From a bacterium (GTDB lineage Bacteria > Zhuqueibacterota > Zhuqueibacteria > Residuimicrobiales > Krinioviventaceae), in the NCBI GenBank assembly GCA_963675755.2, contig CAXXMD010000003.1:160001-224000 (forward strand): 64,000 bases of DNA. Reading direction: 5' to 3'. A program made the translations under genes and the position numbers. Shown one piece after another: positions 10,023 to 21,702 of the stretch; position 1 is the first letter of the stretch, and each line of letters begins with the position of its first letter. The notes under the pieces are model-generated. The model did no database searches and had not been told where the DNA came from. It saw only the letters and a program-made list of their open reading frames with translations.

Positions 10023-13000
10023 TCATCGTAAAAGTAACATTTTACGTTTTTCTATCTTGTCAGCATATCGTAATGTATAAAAATACACACCAGACGCGGT
10101 CGTTTTTCCAAAATTATCTTTACCATCCCAAATCACCTGATGCATTCCGGATTGCTGCACACCTTGCACCAAATTTCTCACATTTCTGCCATTTACATCA
10201 ACAACTGACAATTCTACGACACCTGCATCGGGAAGTGAAAATTGAATCATTGTTTCAGGATTAAACGGATTAGGAAAATTCTGAAACAGATTAAATGAAT
10301 CTACGGTTTTTGTCTCAATTTGCAGAGACTTAATCTTATCTGCAGGGCTGAATGAAAGCTCAACTATACCGGTTGCTACACTTTCATCCTGGTCATTATA
10401 AAATGTAACAGAAACCTGATCACCTACTGCCCAGCCGCTTTGTAAATTTCCCAGTTGGGCATACCAAGCCTTGCCATCAATTGCAGAGCCCGGAGAATCC
10501 TGGCTAATGATCTGATCTTTATATTTTGCAACAAAACGGGTTACACTGTCTACACCTTCAATCTCACCATAGATCAAATGCGGAACTGATGCAGCAATTC
10601 GTGTGGTTTCAGTATATTTTTGTTTCAACAGTGCACCGGAAGAAGGCCATGCATTATCACCGGTTACATTTATATAATAGGGATAACCAAGATATGTATC
10701 AAAATTAGTACTCGACAATCCGGGTATATATTGATAATAACCTTGGATAGATGCATCCCACTTGGCCACACTGTTACAATAGGGTATGTCGTTTAAAAGG
10801 TCCTGCGCCGTTACCAATGCGCCTTTACTCAAAGGAAGCATCACTTCATTAAAATCAGTAGTTTCTGTCGTTTGCAGCATAAAAACAGGTTCGGTCAGAG
10901 AACCATCAAGCGTAAAATAAGTATCCTGGGTAACATTTACATAATATGGATAACCGGGATAAACTGAAAAATTTGTACTTGACAAACCGGGAATGTATTG
11001 ATAATAGCCTTGTATGGATGCATCCCAATAGGCTATTGAATTACAATAGGGTATAACATTTAATAAAGTTTGTGCATCGGTAACGCCATCTACAGCCACG
11101 GGTAAGGCAATATCATTAAAATCTGTGGTTTCAGTGGTTATCAACTCAAAGTCAAAAACACCATACACATCAGACAAATCACCTTCCGCACTGTTACGAA
11201 CGGGAGCAACCCGGTAATAATAATTTACAGATGCATTTCCTGCAACATTATCGGTATCTGTCCATTGTACACCGCTTGTTCCGCCATCCTGATCAGTCAC
11301 ACTTGCAGCTACACGGTTCGTGCCGCCATCCTGGTCAGCAACAAAATCGGGACTAGTACCACGATATACATGATACCCTGTTGCATTCTCTATTGCATCC
11401 CAGGTCATAAGCAGATTTGTTCCACCTGTCACACTGGCATCAGATATGACAGGAGTTCCCAGGTTGCTTGCAGAGCCTACCTCATATACCTGGTCTGCGG
11501 CAATGCCTTCATAATCCTGAACATCACCATTGGTCAAAGTAACGCGGATATCACAAGTTGTAAATCCACTCAAGCCAAAATGCAGAGCGGTCTGATTTTG
11601 ACACAAATAACTGTAATTAGATACCGATTCCTGGTAACCCAAAAGATAATTTGAATTGCCAATATAACCTGGCTGATAAACAGCGACCTTGGTACCAAAA
11701 CCACCATAATCGCCACCGGGGCCGGTGCACAAAACGTCAATATAATGATTACTGTTTTCTGAATCATTTCTCAGCATAAAGTTGTCGCCATATGTACAGG
11801 CAATAAAATAATCGATATCGCCATCATTATCAATATCCGCATAACCAGCACCTCTGGCACCACCAGCTGCAACTTCAAGAGCAGGTACATAACGATATGT
11901 CAAATTGCCGGCACCGTCATTCAAATATAATTCAGGTCTTGCGCCTTCTTCTTTTTCATCATTACGGATCAAATACAGGTCAAGATCTGCATCATTATCA
12001 ATATCACCAAAGACGGTGGAATAACCACTTACGGTAATACCATAATCCAAAGTAGCATTCACAAAATAACCGTTACCATTATTTTTAAAAATCCTCAAAT
12101 TCGGAAGATCGGTACTTCCAGAGAGGGTATAATTCATTACCACCAGATCAAGATCTGCATCATTGTCCAGATCTACTAAAGTAGCACCGTGCGAACGTCC
12201 ACCAATGTTAACGCTGCGGGCTGCCGCTTGTTCAGTAAAATTTCCGTTACCATCATTAATAAACAACCAGTTTGCAACTTCGCGACGACAAACATACAAG
12301 TCTATATCACCATCATTATCCACATCACCAGCGGTTACGCCCTGGCGTCCTTCTATATCTCCATCAGGCCCATTGGTCCCACGGTCCACGCGGGTCATTT
12401 GGCCGTTACCATTGTTTAAATATAATGCATTGGGATCACCCCAATTCAATACAAACAAATCCAGCCATCCGTCATTATTAATATCTGTAGCAACCGCTCC
12501 ACGGCTGAAAAAAGTCTCTGTGGAAATTCCGGCCCAGTCAGTAATGTCTGTAAAATTACCATTTCCATCATTTCTATACATCCGGTTACGACCCGGTGGC
12601 AAAGTTTCACCAACCGGCTGATTGCTCAGAAACACATCCAGGTCACCATCATTGTCGAAATCCGCTGAAACCACACCATGTGTATGGCCTTCATCTCCAA
12701 TACTCCTGCTTACAGCTTCATTGGTAAAAGTATTGTTCTGCTGATTTATATAAAGTACATCTTGCATAGTGGGGCCACCAGCATTGGTATAAAAAACATC
12801 ATACCAGCCATCCTGGTTCACATCACTAAAGCTTACACCATGGCCATAACCTTCCGGAGAAATCCCTGCTACACCTGCAGAACTGGTAATATTGGTAAAG
12901 GCGATTGTTGAAGCACCAGGATCACTCTCGCCGCGGCCATAAATACGGATATTCGAATATACTGGCCCTACCTGACCTTCATACATATTATCTGTACCTA

Positions 13001-13616
13001 AAAAGATATAGCGAAACTGTTCAATCATGGTACGGTACATTTCCAATTCACCCTGTACAACACCATCAACAAATGTCCATACAGAACCTTCGTCCCAAAC
13101 AATCTTGAATTCATATGTATCATTAATATTCCAGGTAGCGCTCTGCATATATCGGTCTTCTTCTCTACCGCCCGCATAAGCTGCCAGCATTTTGTAACCA
13201 GCCAGTCCCGGCCCATCCGAATAAGAGGTACCTGTACGAATATTCACCCATGCACCATCAGTATCAAAAATGTCTTTACTGCCATTTGCTTGCGAATAAA
13301 GATTGATAATCTGCTGCTTGTCGGTATGATTTTGATTAGCAGGATCAAAATTAGAAACATCAACAACAAAGGTACCTTCACGAGGCAGATCAGCCGGCAA
13401 TGTAATAAATAACTGGCTAGTGGTTTGCGTTGCCTTCCAGCCGACAGCCCTGAATTCACCATTATTGTTCTGGATATAACCAACACCGGAATTACCACCA
13501 TCCAGCAAATCGTCAGAATATAACAAGTTTGTATGCGTTGGAGCTGTGGCCGCAAACACCAATCCCATTGGCCAACAGAATAATGTTAACATTATGATTT
13601 TGGAAAGAAAACGCAT
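10023..13616 (-). CDS. Secreted FG-GAP/VCBS (CRTAC1/ASPIC-UnbV-like) protein with N-terminal beta-sandwich, shared C-terminal module and CTD
   Basis: Seven D.DNDG..D Ca-binding repeats. '[12 protein letters not shown]' ASPIC/UnbV motif. FN3-like domain, 2x TTDFN[DE] repeat, PHLIYG domain, LFQNFPNPFNPET. Confidence 0.85.
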   Translation of the reverse strand: MRFLSKIIMLTLFCWPMGLVFAATAPTHTNLLYSDDLLDGGNSGVGYIQNNNGEFRAVGWKATQTTSQLFITLPADLPREGTFVVDVSNFDPANQNHTDKQQIINLYSQANGSKDIFDTDGAWVNIRTGTSYSDGPGLAGYKMLAAYAGGREEDRYMQSATWNINDTYEFKIVWDEGSVWTFVDGVVQGELEMYRTMIEQFRYIFLGTDNMYEGQVGPVYSNIRIYGRGESDPGASTIAFTNITSSAGVAGISPEGYGHGVSFSDVNQDGWYDVFYTNAGGPTMQDVLYINQQNNTFTNEAVSRSIGDEGHTHGVVSADFDNDGDLDVFLSNQPVGETLPPGRNRMYRNDGNGNFTDITDWAGISTETFFSRGAVATDINNDGWLDLFVLNWGDPNALYLNNGNGQMTRVDRGTNGPDGDIEGRQGVTAGDVDNDGDIDLYVCRREVANWLFINDGNGNFTEQAAARSVNIGGRSHGATLVDLDNDADLDLVVMNYTLSGSTDLPNLRIFKNNGNGYFVNATLDYGITVSGYSTVFGDIDNDADLDLYLIRNDEKEEGARPELYLNDGAGNLTYRYVPALEVAAGGARGAGYADIDNDGDIDYFIACTYGDNFMLRNDSENSNHYIDVLCTGPGGDYGGFGTKVAVYQPGYIGNSNYLLGYQESVSNYSYLCQNQTALHFGLSGFTTCDIRVTLTNGDVQDYEGIAADQVYEVGSASNLGTPVISDASVTGGTNLLMTWDAIENATGYHVYRGTSPDFVADQDGGTNRVAASVTDQDGGTSGVQWTDTDNVAGNASVNYYYRVAPVRNSAEGDLSDVYGVFDFELITTETTDFNDIALPVAVDGVTDAQTLLNVIPYCNSIAYWDASIQGYYQYIPGLSSTNFSVYPGYPYYVNVTQDTYFTLDGSLTEPVFMLQTTETTDFNEVMLPLSKGALVTAQDLLNDIPYCNSVAKWDASIQGYYQYIPGLSSTNFDTYLGYPYYINVTGDNAWPSSGALLKQKYTETTRIAASVPHLIYGEIEGVDSVTRFVAKYKDQIISQDSPGSAIDGKAWYAQLGNLQSGWAVGDQVSVTFYNDQDESVATGIVELSFSPADKIKSLQIETKTVDSFNLFQNFPNPFNPETMIQFSLPDAGVVELSVVDVNGRNVRNLVQGVQQSGMHQVIWDGKDNFGKTTASGVYFYTLRYADKIEKRKMLLLR
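10645..11140 (-). repeat. Tandem TTDFN[DE] repeat pair (copy set 2)
   Basis: TTETTDFNDIALP...CNSIAYWDASIQGYYQYIPGLSSTNF...GYPYYVN, twice. Boundaries approximate. Confidence 0.85.
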
Positions 13617-13720
13617 AATACTCCTTTTCTACATTTATTTTGTAAATACATACAAAAAACTATCAAATTTGCGAAAAAACAAAGAGATAAATATAAAATA
13701 TTATCTTACTTTTACAATAC

Positions 13721-16700
13721 TTATTTTAACAATACCGCCTTTTGCACCTTGTGATACGTACCAGCTTTCATCATGAACAAATATGTTCCGCTTGCAGCTT
13801 GACGGCCAAAATCATCACAGCCATTCCACTCTACCGAGTAACGTCCCGCTGTTTTTTCCTGATTGATTAATGTTCTTACACGCTGACCACGTGTGTTGTA
13901 TATCTCAATCAAGACATGAGCCTGTTCCGGCAGCTGATATTGGATCATGGTTGTGGGATTAAAAGGATTGGGATAATTCTGATCCAGACCATAATGATCA
14001 GGAATATCCACAACATCAAGTGCTCCGGCAAAATCCACAGCATTGGATGAAAGTGTATGTTCTATTGTATTCAACAGATTATTGTTTTCATCAAAAAACT
14101 CTACAATCAGCACCTGGTCTGGAGACCAGCCGTTTTCGAAATTACCCGCCTGTACCATCCAGTTTTCAGCAGTTATAAAACAACCAGGCGAGGTTTCATT
14201 TAGTGCCTTTTCAGGCAGATGACTAAGATATGCATTAAAATGTTGTACCTGGGTATCAGACATTTCACCCCAAATTGCATGGGGAGCTTTGCTGACAGAA
14301 TTCGTCTTGACAACCATTTCAGTTGCTTTGGCTTTTGAAAACGCACGTTGCGGCCAGCTAGTAGGAGCTGTAACATTGATATAATAGGGATAACCAGCTT
14401 TTATATCAAAATTTGTATGAATCAATCCTGGAACATATTGCCAATACCCTTGAATTTCAGTATCCCATTTTGCTACACTGTTACAATTTGGAATATCCTC
14501 TGCAAGATCAGCACTGGTTATTAATGATGCCTTGTCAAAAGGAAGTGTAATTTCATTAAAATCTGTGGTTGCTGTAGTAATCAAATTAAAGACAGGAGTA
14601 ACAACTTTGCCTAAAATCGTTAACACCTGATCTTCAAGCATATTGACATAATAGGGATTACCCATCTCGATTGTGAAATTGCTGGGCTCAAAACCCGGTA
14701 CATATTGTACATAATCCTGTAATTCAGCAGACCACATTGCTACAGAATTGCAGGAAGGGATATAAGATAGCAAATCATTTGCAGTTGTTATGCTTTCAAC
14801 AAAAAGCGGTAATGCAATTTCATTAAAATCTGTGGTTGCTGTGGTTAAAAGTGCATAATCAAACTCACCATAACTCAACGTAGCACTACTTTCTTCACCA
14901 TTCCGTAACGCGGTTATTCGGTAAAAATAATTAACACTTGTATTCCCCACAACAGGATCAGTATCTATCCACTGTACACTTGGCATTGACGCATCCTGAT
15001 CGGTAACGCCGCTTGCAACCCGGTTGCTGCCCGATTCATAATCGGGTTCAAAATAAGGATCCGTACCACGGTACACATTGTATCCTGAGGCGTTTGAAAC
15101 ATTAGTCCAGGTAAATTTAATATTATCGTCATCATGCACATTTGCATGCAAAATAATGGGTGCAGTCAATGCCTGATATGCATCAATTTCAAAAACCTGA
15201 TCAGCCTGCACGCCGGTATAATCAAGAATATCTCCATTTGTCAATTCTACACGAATATCACAAGCATTTCGGTTCTTTAAACCGAAATGTAATGCTGTTT
15301 GATTTTGTGACAAATACCCAAAATTCGAAACCGCTTCCTGATACCCTATTAAATAGTTGGTATCACCCAAATGCCCGATTTCATATACAGACACTTTTGA
15401 ACCAAAACCGCCATAATCACCTTTTGGACCTTCGCAAAGCACATCAATATAATGATAGTCATTTATCAGGTCATTGCGATACATGAGATTCCACGAATTT
15501 GCACAGGTAATATAAATATCAAGATCTCCGTCATTGTCATAATCCGCCAATGCTCCTGCACGCGCGTCACTTCCCCCGTCATCCAATCCGATTTCATTAA
15601 TTTCAGTAAATTTTCCGGTTCCGTCATTCAACAACAACTGGGGTGTAGCACCAGGTTCATTTTCATCATTCCGAACCAGCAACAAATCAGGATACCCATC
15701 ATTATCCATATCCCCAACTGCCGCAGTATAACCGCTAATGGAAATATTATATTCACTGCTCATGTCTGTAAAAAAACCGTTTCCATTATTGATAAACACA
15801 GACAACAGAGGCAAATCAGAACTGCCCGAAGTAGAATAATTTACAACAAACAAGTCCATGTCACCATCAACATCAATGTCAGCAAAGGTGGCACCATGCG
15901 ACAAACCGCCGACATTTACACCACGTTCTGCAGCATCATCATCAAAATTACCGGAACCATCATTGATGTACAATAAATTTCCAGCATCCCGCTGACATAC
16001 ATAAATATCAATATCACCGTCATTGTCAACATCGGCTGCAGTTACGCCTTGCTGAGCGGTTACATCCCCAGCCGGACCATCTGCACCTCTGTCAGACCGG
16101 TTCATTTTTCCTGTACCATCATTAATATATGTTTCATTTTGGCTGCCCCAATTCACAGTATATAAATCCAGATAGCCATCATTATTAATATCTAATGCAA
16201 TAGCACCACGCGAATACCCATAATAATCAGATATACCAAAACCTTCGGTAACATCAGTAAAGAATCCCGAACCTTCATTACGATAAATACGGTTCTTCCC
16301 TGCTTGAATATTCACACCAATGGGTTGATTGGCAAAATAAGCATCCTGATAGCCATCATTATTCAAATCCGCTAAAACCACACTATGCGTATAACCGCTA
16401 TCCTCAACATTCCTTGTAGCGGCTTCATCATGAAACTGCCCCTCACCATTATTAATATACAACTGATCCAGAGTACTCTCTGTGCCCCCTGCATTACTAA
16501 CAGCAAGATCCTGGAATCCATCCCGGTTTAGATCGGCAAAAGCAGCTGCACGACCATAGCCTGCTGATGAAAACCCCTTAACATTTACCGCCTCTGTAAC
16601 ATCCGTAAACTGTACATATTTTTCAGTAACCTGAATATAACCTGACTGGGTTTTAGTATCACTCCCGCCATCACCGGATACAGATAAAGTAACAGTATAC

Positions 16701-18526
16701 GTACCCGGCTGTGCATATGTATGCTGTGGATTTTGTACATATGAATGACTTGATCCGTCACCAAAATTCCAATCCCATGAGTTGGCATTGATTGAAAGAT
16801 CAGTAAACTGCACCTGTAGCGGCATAAAACCGGAACGGGGCTGTGCGGAAAAATCCGCTTCTGTAGCAACAGCTTCGGGTTGTTTTTTGATATAGACAAC
16901 CAGGTCCTGATTGAATGTTGGAAAATTAATTAAAATATTTCCACCACCATCAAGATCATTGATTTCACTATTGGTATAATATGCGCCATTTGAGGGATTG
17001 TAAAATTGTACATCATATTTGCCGGCATCGAGAGCTACCCGAATACCATTACTGTATGTATAATTATCCGGTATATCCCAGGCATCCAAAGTATTATCCG
17101 GACCATTGACCATATAAATTACAATTTCATCATCTGATGCAAGTGCCCATTCGTACATGGATGCAGGATCATTTCGAATTATTGACTCATTTGGCTGCAT
17201 CTTCCAGAATTCTGTTCGCTCCCAGAATGGTCTGAGATATGGAACATATTCATAACCGGGTCCATTGTATGACACATCTACAATGCCTTCACTGCCTTCA
17301 TAAGAATGAAAGCAGGTATAAACACCGGTAATACTCCATGTCCAATACTGTTTTCTACGGTGCTCTGCGCAATTGTTGCTATGCCTTATTTCTCTGGCAG
17401 TTTCATCGCACCATGCTGGTTTATCGTATTGTTTAATGGTTTGTGCAATCTCACGGATCTGAGCAAGACTGTGTTGATTGTGTTTTGCCCAGTGGTTAAT
17501 AGCCACATCAACCCACGATTCATCAGCCCAGGCCGCATCCGTAGTGCTTTTATGCGCTGGTGCAACCAGGTGACTATATGGATCATTGGCATGCACAAAA
17601 TTTGCAATATCAATCACATAATCTTTATCATCACGGTCCGGTTGAAATTCATTATTTGTTTGAAATAAAATAATATTGGGATTACTGGCCAAACGTGCCA
17701 GAGCATAATCGAGATATGGCTCTGCATAATTCCAGTCAAGATTTGTTCGCATAAGGGTAAAAAAACAAACTTCGGAATATATATTACGATCAGCAGCGTA
17801 TTTTATAATATCATCAATCTTTTTCCAGAAATCAATATTGTATCGGTTATAATCAGGATTACTACGGGTTCCCTGCCAGGGCCAAACATCAATATAAGGC
17901 TCTGCGGATGAAAAATCAAACTCTAGTGCAAAACGAATACAGTTTTCTTTACGGGGAACCATTTTATCTATAAATGCTCTATAATTTGTTTGTGTTACAC
18001 CGCCAATTAACCAGGCGGTTTTGGAAAAAATAAAAGGGTGTCCACCATTAGAAAACATGAAAGCATTGGTATATTCAGGATCCGTAATAATAAAGCCATT
18101 TCCGGCATTGGTATCGATAACATAAAAATTTCCGGTAAATGTTTTTTGGCCATTAGTATCTTTAAAAACTATATTATATGAATAAGATCCGGTTTCAGAT
18201 GGCGTAAAACGCAATTTGTGCAAAGTGCCATTATAGGAATCACAAAATCCACGAACCTGAACAATATCATTAGAAGGGGATGTAAAATTCGCCTGAATAT
18301 CTACATCTGTAAAAGGATTACCAACTTTAGGTGAGGTTACATTAAAAACAAACTCCATAACTTTGTACTGCGCGTAATTGTCCTCAAGGCCTGCCAAGCT
18401 AACGGTTCTGGATTGTACCGTTTGTGCAATACCAAAAAGCAACTGTATCAACATAGAACAAATTAAAACAAAATTCGATTTCATCGCACCCTTCTTTGCA
18501 TTGTTTTTAATTAACTTACGCGACAT
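13721..18526 (-). CDS. Multidomain secreted glycoside-hydrolase-like protein (DUF5060/DUF4038-like TIM barrel, PKD, FG-GAP/ASPIC, shared module, CTD)
   Basis: '[16 protein letters not shown]...V.GFCD...LRFTP..G.Y.Y' DUF5060-like start. Clan GH-A-like NNEF and WCDET glutamates. PKD 'WDWNFGDG...NPQHTY..PG.Y.V.L'. FG-GAP repeats. Alternative start at 18484. Confidence 0.75.
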   Translation of the reverse strand: MSRKLIKNNAKKGAMKSNFVLICSMLIQLLFGIAQTVQSRTVSLAGLEDNYAQYKVMEFVFNVTSPKVGNPFTDVDIQANFTSPSNDIVQVRGFCDSYNGTLHKLRFTPSETGSYSYNIVFKDTNGQKTFTGNFYVIDTNAGNGFIITDPEYTNAFMFSNGGHPFIFSKTAWLIGGVTQTNYRAFIDKMVPRKENCIRFALEFDFSSAEPYIDVWPWQGTRSNPDYNRYNIDFWKKIDDIIKYAADRNIYSEVCFFTLMRTNLDWNYAEPYLDYALARLASNPNIILFQTNNEFQPDRDDKDYVIDIANFVHANDPYSHLVAPAHKSTTDAAWADESWVDVAINHWAKHNQHSLAQIREIAQTIKQYDKPAWCDETAREIRHSNNCAEHRRKQYWTWSITGVYTCFHSYEGSEGIVDVSYNGPGYEYVPYLRPFWERTEFWKMQPNESIIRNDPASMYEWALASDDEIVIYMVNGPDNTLDAWDIPDNYTYSNGIRVALDAGKYDVQFYNPSNGAYYTNSEINDLDGGGNILINFPTFNQDLVVYIKKQPEAVATEADFSAQPRSGFMPLQVQFTDLSINANSWDWNFGDGSSHSYVQNPQHTYAQPGTYTVTLSVSGDGGSDTKTQSGYIQVTEKYVQFTDVTEAVNVKGFSSAGYGRAAAFADLNRDGFQDLAVSNAGGTESTLDQLYINNGEGQFHDEAATRNVEDSGYTHSVVLADLNNDGYQDAYFANQPIGVNIQAGKNRIYRNEGSGFFTDVTEGFGISDYYGYSRGAIALDINNDGYLDLYTVNWGSQNETYINDGTGKMNRSDRGADGPAGDVTAQQGVTAADVDNDGDIDIYVCQRDAGNLLYINDGSGNFDDDAAERGVNVGGLSHGATFADIDVDGDMDLFVVNYSTSGSSDLPLLSVFINNGNGFFTDMSSEYNISISGYTAAVGDMDNDGYPDLLLVRNDENEPGATPQLLLNDGTGKFTEINEIGLDDGGSDARAGALADYDNDGDLDIYITCANSWNLMYRNDLINDYHYIDVLCEGPKGDYGGFGSKVSVYEIGHLGDTNYLIGYQEAVSNFGYLSQNQTALHFGLKNRNACDIRVELTNGDILDYTGVQADQVFEIDAYQALTAPIILHANVHDDDNIKFTWTNVSNASGYNVYRGTDPYFEPDYESGSNRVASGVTDQDASMPSVQWIDTDPVVGNTSVNYFYRITALRNGEESSATLSYGEFDYALLTTATTDFNEIALPLFVESITTANDLLSYIPSCNSVAMWSAELQDYVQYVPGFEPSNFTIEMGNPYYVNMLEDQVLTILGKVVTPVFNLITTATTDFNEITLPFDKASLITSADLAEDIPNCNSVAKWDTEIQGYWQYVPGLIHTNFDIKAGYPYYINVTAPTSWPQRAFSKAKATEMVVKTNSVSKAPHAIWGEMSDTQVQHFNAYLSHLPEKALNETSPGCFITAENWMVQAGNFENGWSPDQVLIVEFFDENNNLLNTIEHTLSSNAVDFAGALDVVDIPDHYGLDQNYPNPFNPTTMIQYQLPEQAHVLIEIYNTRGQRVRTLINQEKTAGRYSVEWNGCDDFGRQAASGTYLFMMKAGTYHKVQKAVLLK
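14355..14845 (-). repeat. Tandem TTDFNE repeat pair (copy set 3)
   Basis: [13 protein letters not shown]...CNSVAMW / [13 protein letters not shown]...CNSVAKW...GYPYYIN. Boundaries approximate. Confidence 0.85.
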
Positions 18527-18628
18527 ACTAATCCATACATTTTGTTATACTTATTACAGGCAACTATTGTACCTTTTTCAAAGGATTTTACATGATTGAA
18601 AAACAGGAAATAAAAATTAAATGAAATG

Positions 18629-19279
18629 CTATTGTTGCTCGGGATTGTAACTTAATTTCATCATCTTTTTTCTTAAAATACCTTGTTCTGATTGTAAAAC
18701 AAACTCATAAACGCCAGGGCTGACATTTTTATTCTCATCATTATTCCCATTCCATACTACATTATAATAACCTGGCAATGCAGTACGGTTAAACAGCTCT
18801 CTAATTTCATTTTGGGATGAATTAATAACTTTGAGTGTTACATCCCCCTCCAATTCATCAGGAAGTTGAAATGAGATATTTGTAGCTGAAATAAAAGGAT
18901 TTGGAAAGTTCTGATATAATGTAAATACTGTATTAAACTTTTTTATAGTTACACCTGCCTCATGGCTATAGTTATAACTACCATCAGCACTCGTTTGCCT
19001 CAACCGATAAGACAACAATCCCTTACAACCAGGAATATCTTCATGAGAATACTCCTTTCTTTCAAAATATGACCCCGCACCCGCCACAAATGCTACCTGA
19101 TTCCATTCGTCTTCGTCCATTAGACGACGCTCTATAGCAAAACCTATATTTCCGATTTCATTATCCGATGTCCACTCTAATAATACTTTATCTTTGGAAG
19201 CATAAATAACAAAATCTACCAAGTCTACATCAGAAGCACCACGATTTGCGTTTACAGATTCGTTTGGTTTGTTCGGCAT
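18629..19279 (-). CDS. Stand-alone FN3-like (PVEL-type) plus FlgD/CTD protein with no obvious signal peptide
   Basis: 'VDLVDF...VLLEWTSDNEIGNIGFAIERR...YRLRQ...DG' and LYQNFPNPF. N-terminus is hydrophilic. Confidence 0.75.
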   Translation of the reverse strand: MPNKPNESVNANRGASDVDLVDFVIYASKDKVLLEWTSDNEIGNIGFAIERRLMDEDEWNQVAFVAGAGSYFERKEYSHEDIPGCKGLLSYRLRQTSADGSYNYSHEAGVTIKKFNTVFTLYQNFPNPFISATNISFQLPDELEGDVTLKVINSSQNEIRELFNRTALPGYYNVVWNGNNDENKNVSPGVYEFVLQSEQGILRKKMMKLSYNPEQQ

Positions 19280-19351
19280 ATTTCATTTCCAATACTTGCA
19301 AGGGGAAACTGATCCGGTATAACAATTAATTTGCCAATTACATATAAAAAA

Positions 19352-21655
19352 TCATTGCAATTTAATCATTTTTCGAATCTGTTGCAAGTTCCCAATTTTT
19401 AAAACATAAAAATATTCGCCCGAACCTGTCTCCTGACCTGATTCATTAAATCCATCCCATACAACTTGAAAATAACCCGCCTGAGCAGGAGCATTAACCA
19501 GGGTACGCAAGCGACGTCCTAGAACATCATACACATCCAAACGAACATTGCCGGAAAGATTATCCGGAACTTGATATGCAATCCGGGTAACCGGATTGAA
19601 AGGATTGGGATAATTCTGAAATAATGCCATTTCTTGTGGCGCTTTGACTGTTAAATGCACAACATCACTAAATTCAACAGATCCATCTGTATCTACCTGT
19701 TTTAAGCGATACATAACAGTTCCGGTTACATCAATTTTATCCGTAAAACTATAACGATTACTGGAAGTGGTTGTACCAGCACCATTGACAAATGCCACCT
19801 CTTGCCAGGCATTCTGTGTTCCTGATTTTCTTTCAACTGAGAAACCCAGATTGTTGGTTTCCGATTCAGTAATCCAAACCAGTTCAATATGATCATCTAC
19901 CTGATTTGCTGTAAATAACGACAACTCTACCGGCGATGTATTTTGCCCCGCAAGATTTGAAAAGTCTGACCAGTTTTCATACTCGTCTGATGAACGAATG
20001 TAAAAGTAATATCTTTTATTCATTGTCAGATTGTTAATAGTAACACTTTGTGTTTGTCCGGGTTCAGCAGGACTTGGCATATTATCTACAAACGCAGCAC
20101 CATTCCACCAGGTTTCTACACCATAAATTGGCAGTGCTGTGCTGTATTTCATTTGATACTGATAAGCAGGGCCTCCGGCATCCCCATCATCTCCGGGAGC
20201 AGTCCATGACAGGGTTACAAAATCCTGCCCGCTGTCAGAAACTAACAAATCTGCAATTTTAGCAGGTTTGATTGTATCCACTGGAAAGTTCTGTTCAGAC
20301 AAGGTTATATTGTCCGTTCCTATAGGGTTCTCATGAAAAGACTTGATCACGGCAGCACTGTCAGGAGACAAATTAGCTCCCAAAAAGTAAAGCCAAAGCT
20401 GTATATCAATTCTGGATTCCTGTGAAAAAGAACCGGTATATTTTACACCAGTATCACCCCAGGAACCATTCACACCGGTATCAAAAGCCTGATCGCCACT
20501 CAAGGGACTATCATTTGTTCCTGTTAGATCATCTTTATAATAAAGATACTGATTAACAGCAACATCAGGAAGTTCTGCTATACCCAACAAAGTTCCGGGT
20601 GTACCTGTTTGCATCCACCAGTTCCACCCCGGGATATTTAAATCACGGGGAACACCAATATCATCACTTTCTGTTGTTCGGTTAACAAGCGATCCATTCG
20701 GCTTGGCAGAAAGAGCATTTTCAGCAAACATATGCATACCATTGGCTGATGGATCGAGATCATAAGACAGCCTTAAAAAATCAACATCTGCATCTGCAGG
20801 TATCTTTAATTGTCTAAAAGATCCCATATCGCAGCTAGTGGGATAATATTTTACAATATAATCAAAAACAGGTAAATCAATTGCGCCTTGCAATTCGGGT
20901 ACTTCGAGTTGAATTTTCCAATTTCTGACAACACGAATTTGTCCTTCAATGCCGCTCGCATTCTGTTTCGTTAAATTTTCCTCGGATAACACCAGGGTGA
21001 CTGAACCCAGAAATCCCAAATCATAAGATCCTCTAACCCTGATCTTGAAACGGTCAATAAAATCTTCACCATTGCCGCCACCATCATTGGTTAACAGCAA
21101 AGTGGTCATAATACCATTACTCGCATTATGGGCAACCTGGTAAAATTGACTTTCTACCCGGTCCAGACTTGCATCGTATTGAATATAATCAGTAGCCACA
21201 GGATGTGAGGCTTTATTGTCAGTCCGGTAAACATATACATATCCATCATCACCACTCAATGGATCATGTATCTGTACCTGATAACGAGGATAATTTCTGG
21301 AACTCTCGTCGGAAATCCAAGAAGAGGAAGGAGCAACATCTCCACAATCATTGGCCAAAACCAATAGTTCATCATTAGCGGTTAACAGATTATCCTGGCC
21401 ACTAAACATGTAATCGTTATCTGAATCCAAATCATCAATTTGATATGAAATAGCTGTCCAACTTGATGAAAGATCCGAATACGAATAAACAACCAAATTA
21501 TTATGAGAGATGTTCAGAAATCCCTGAAACTCAGCCCCCTTGATAATCACAGGTTCATAAGCTCTGTTTGTCACAGCATACAAACTTGAATAAATCAGCA
21601 CAACAATAAGCAATGCACTGAAAAGGAAAAAAGATTTTTTTTCAGGAGATTTCAT
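19352..21655 (-). CDS. Secreted protein: unknown N-terminal domain, FN3 domain, PVEL-type domain, CTD
   Basis: Start at ATG 21655 after a GGAAGGAG RBS. Signal peptide. 'LSWTAPGDDG' FN3 motif, 'PVELSLFTA..WITESETNNLGF', [11 protein letters not shown]. Confidence 0.8.
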   Translation of the reverse strand: MKSPEKKSFFLFSALLIVVLIYSSLYAVTNRAYEPVIIKGAEFQGFLNISHNNLVVYSYSDLSSSWTAISYQIDDLDSDNDYMFSGQDNLLTANDELLVLANDCGDVAPSSSWISDESSRNYPRYQVQIHDPLSGDDGYVYVYRTDNKASHPVATDYIQYDASLDRVESQFYQVAHNASNGIMTTLLLTNDGGGNGEDFIDRFKIRVRGSYDLGFLGSVTLVLSEENLTKQNASGIEGQIRVVRNWKIQLEVPELQGAIDLPVFDYIVKYYPTSCDMGSFRQLKIPADADVDFLRLSYDLDPSANGMHMFAENALSAKPNGSLVNRTTESDDIGVPRDLNIPGWNWWMQTGTPGTLLGIAELPDVAVNQYLYYKDDLTGTNDSPLSGDQAFDTGVNGSWGDTGVKYTGSFSQESRIDIQLWLYFLGANLSPDSAAVIKSFHENPIGTDNITLSEQNFPVDTIKPAKIADLLVSDSGQDFVTLSWTAPGDDGDAGGPAYQYQMKYSTALPIYGVETWWNGAAFVDNMPSPAEPGQTQSVTINNLTMNKRYYFYIRSSDEYENWSDFSNLAGQNTSPVELSLFTANQVDDHIELVWITESETNNLGFSVERKSGTQNAWQEVAFVNGAGTTTSSNRYSFTDKIDVTGTVMYRLKQVDTDGSVEFSDVVHLTVKAPQEMALFQNYPNPFNPVTRIAYQVPDNLSGNVRLDVYDVLGRRLRTLVNAPAQAGYFQVVWDGFNESGQETGSGEYFYVLKIGNLQQIRKMIKLQ

Positions 21656-21702
21656 ATATACTCCTTCCATTTTTTTAAAAGCGGAAGGATCTAACAAACA
21701 TA

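Noticed and set aside
7860-14845. DGR template/variable repeats or a CRISPR-like array
   Set aside because: The repeats are in-frame protein repeats with mainly synonymous differences and no obvious adenine-specific pattern. No reverse transcriptase and no regular spacers.
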